Below, in pieces: positions 63,670 through 64,000 of a stretch of 64,000 bases of DNA (its first letter is position 1; every line of letters begins with the position of its first letter). Below the pieces are notes generated by a model, which was not told the DNA's origin, did no database searches, and saw only the letters and a list, made by a program, of their open reading frames with translations. A program made the translations under genes and the position numbers. This DNA is from a virus (Duplodnaviria > Caudoviricetes), in IMG/VR virus record IMGVR_UViG_3300032312_001422, positions 32,001 to 96,000 of that record. One strand, 5' to 3'.

Positions 63670-64000
63670 ATGACAATGCACTTAGAGGGCCCTTGGCTCA
63701 GTACCACTGGTCGTAAACGTGGCCCTAAAAAATGGGCATCAGCTGAGGCCAAACGCAAGTATGAACTACAGCAAGAATCCTGGAACAATCTTCTCAAACG
63801 TCACGGTGCCACAAAAGATACCCCCAAAGTCAAAGCCAAAAATACCACTGGCAATTTAACCGACACATACAAGCTGACCATACCTGCGGGTCGTGAACTA
63901 CCCAAGATCAATAGTGTAGATACCGGCTGGATTGCCTGTACCAAGGGTACAGATAAAGTGTATACTGGTACCAAAGTCAAAGGTATTGGCACCATGCACA
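63670..64000 (+). CDS. Hypothetical basic protein, 3'-truncated by window edge
   Basis: Open from ATG 63670 to the end (MTMHLEGPWLSTTG...GIGTMH). Confidence 0.6.
   Translation, partial: MTMHLEGPWLSTTGRKRGPKKWASAEAKRKYELQQESWNNLLKRHGATKDTPKVKAKNTTGNLTDTYKLTIPAGRELPKINSVDTGWIACTKGTDKVYTGTKVKGIGTMH

Noticed and set aside
1-64000. Stop-codon reassignment as seen in some large phages
   Set aside because: Recognisable genes (ligase, ClpP, cyclase, halogenase) are full length in code 11; TAA, TGA and TAG all end genes at plausible positions; coding density is high
1-64000. Bacterial chromosome or integrated prophage boundary
   Set aside because: No rRNA, housekeeping operon, integrase or att-like junction is seen; host-like genes are interspersed with phage-type hypotheticals and late promoters throughout

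Overview
This window looks like a gene-dense, mostly + strand segment of a large T4-like (jumbo-type) bacteriophage genome, read in the standard genetic code. Evidence: tail-fibre-like ORFs, an ATP-dependent DNA ligase, T4-type late promoter cores (TAAATA), repeated sigma70 early-promoter cassettes, many ATGA-coupled small hypothetical genes, and no rRNA or host core operons. It is rich in host-takeover genes: bS21, Hsp20, ClpS, ClpP, a csgF-csgG-curlin-FecR-autotransporter-CHASE2 adenylate cyclase envelope module, a PlcP/Agt-like lipid-remodelling pair, a phasin-like gene, two desaturases, an MFS transporter and many Fe/2OG, radical SAM and methyltransferase enzymes. The most notable features are: (1) a circularly permuted (two-piece) tmRNA with tag ANDEQFALAA, whose intervening segment holds an RBS-led 21-codon hydrophobic ORF; (2) a radical SAM/SPASM enzyme next to a virion-type protein with 16 Cys in 65 residues, followed by oxygenases, suggesting a RiPP-like modification system for a virion protein; (3) an unannotated ~165-nt structured RNA closed by a 22-bp stem; (4) cis-regulatory RNA/DNA elements: ROSE-like thermometers, a PhaR-like operator, Pho-box-like repeats and shared (AAN)n leaders. 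A betaproteobacterial host is inferred from the tmRNA tag and phasin, not demonstrated. All family assignments are by motif recognition from memory; no database search was run.
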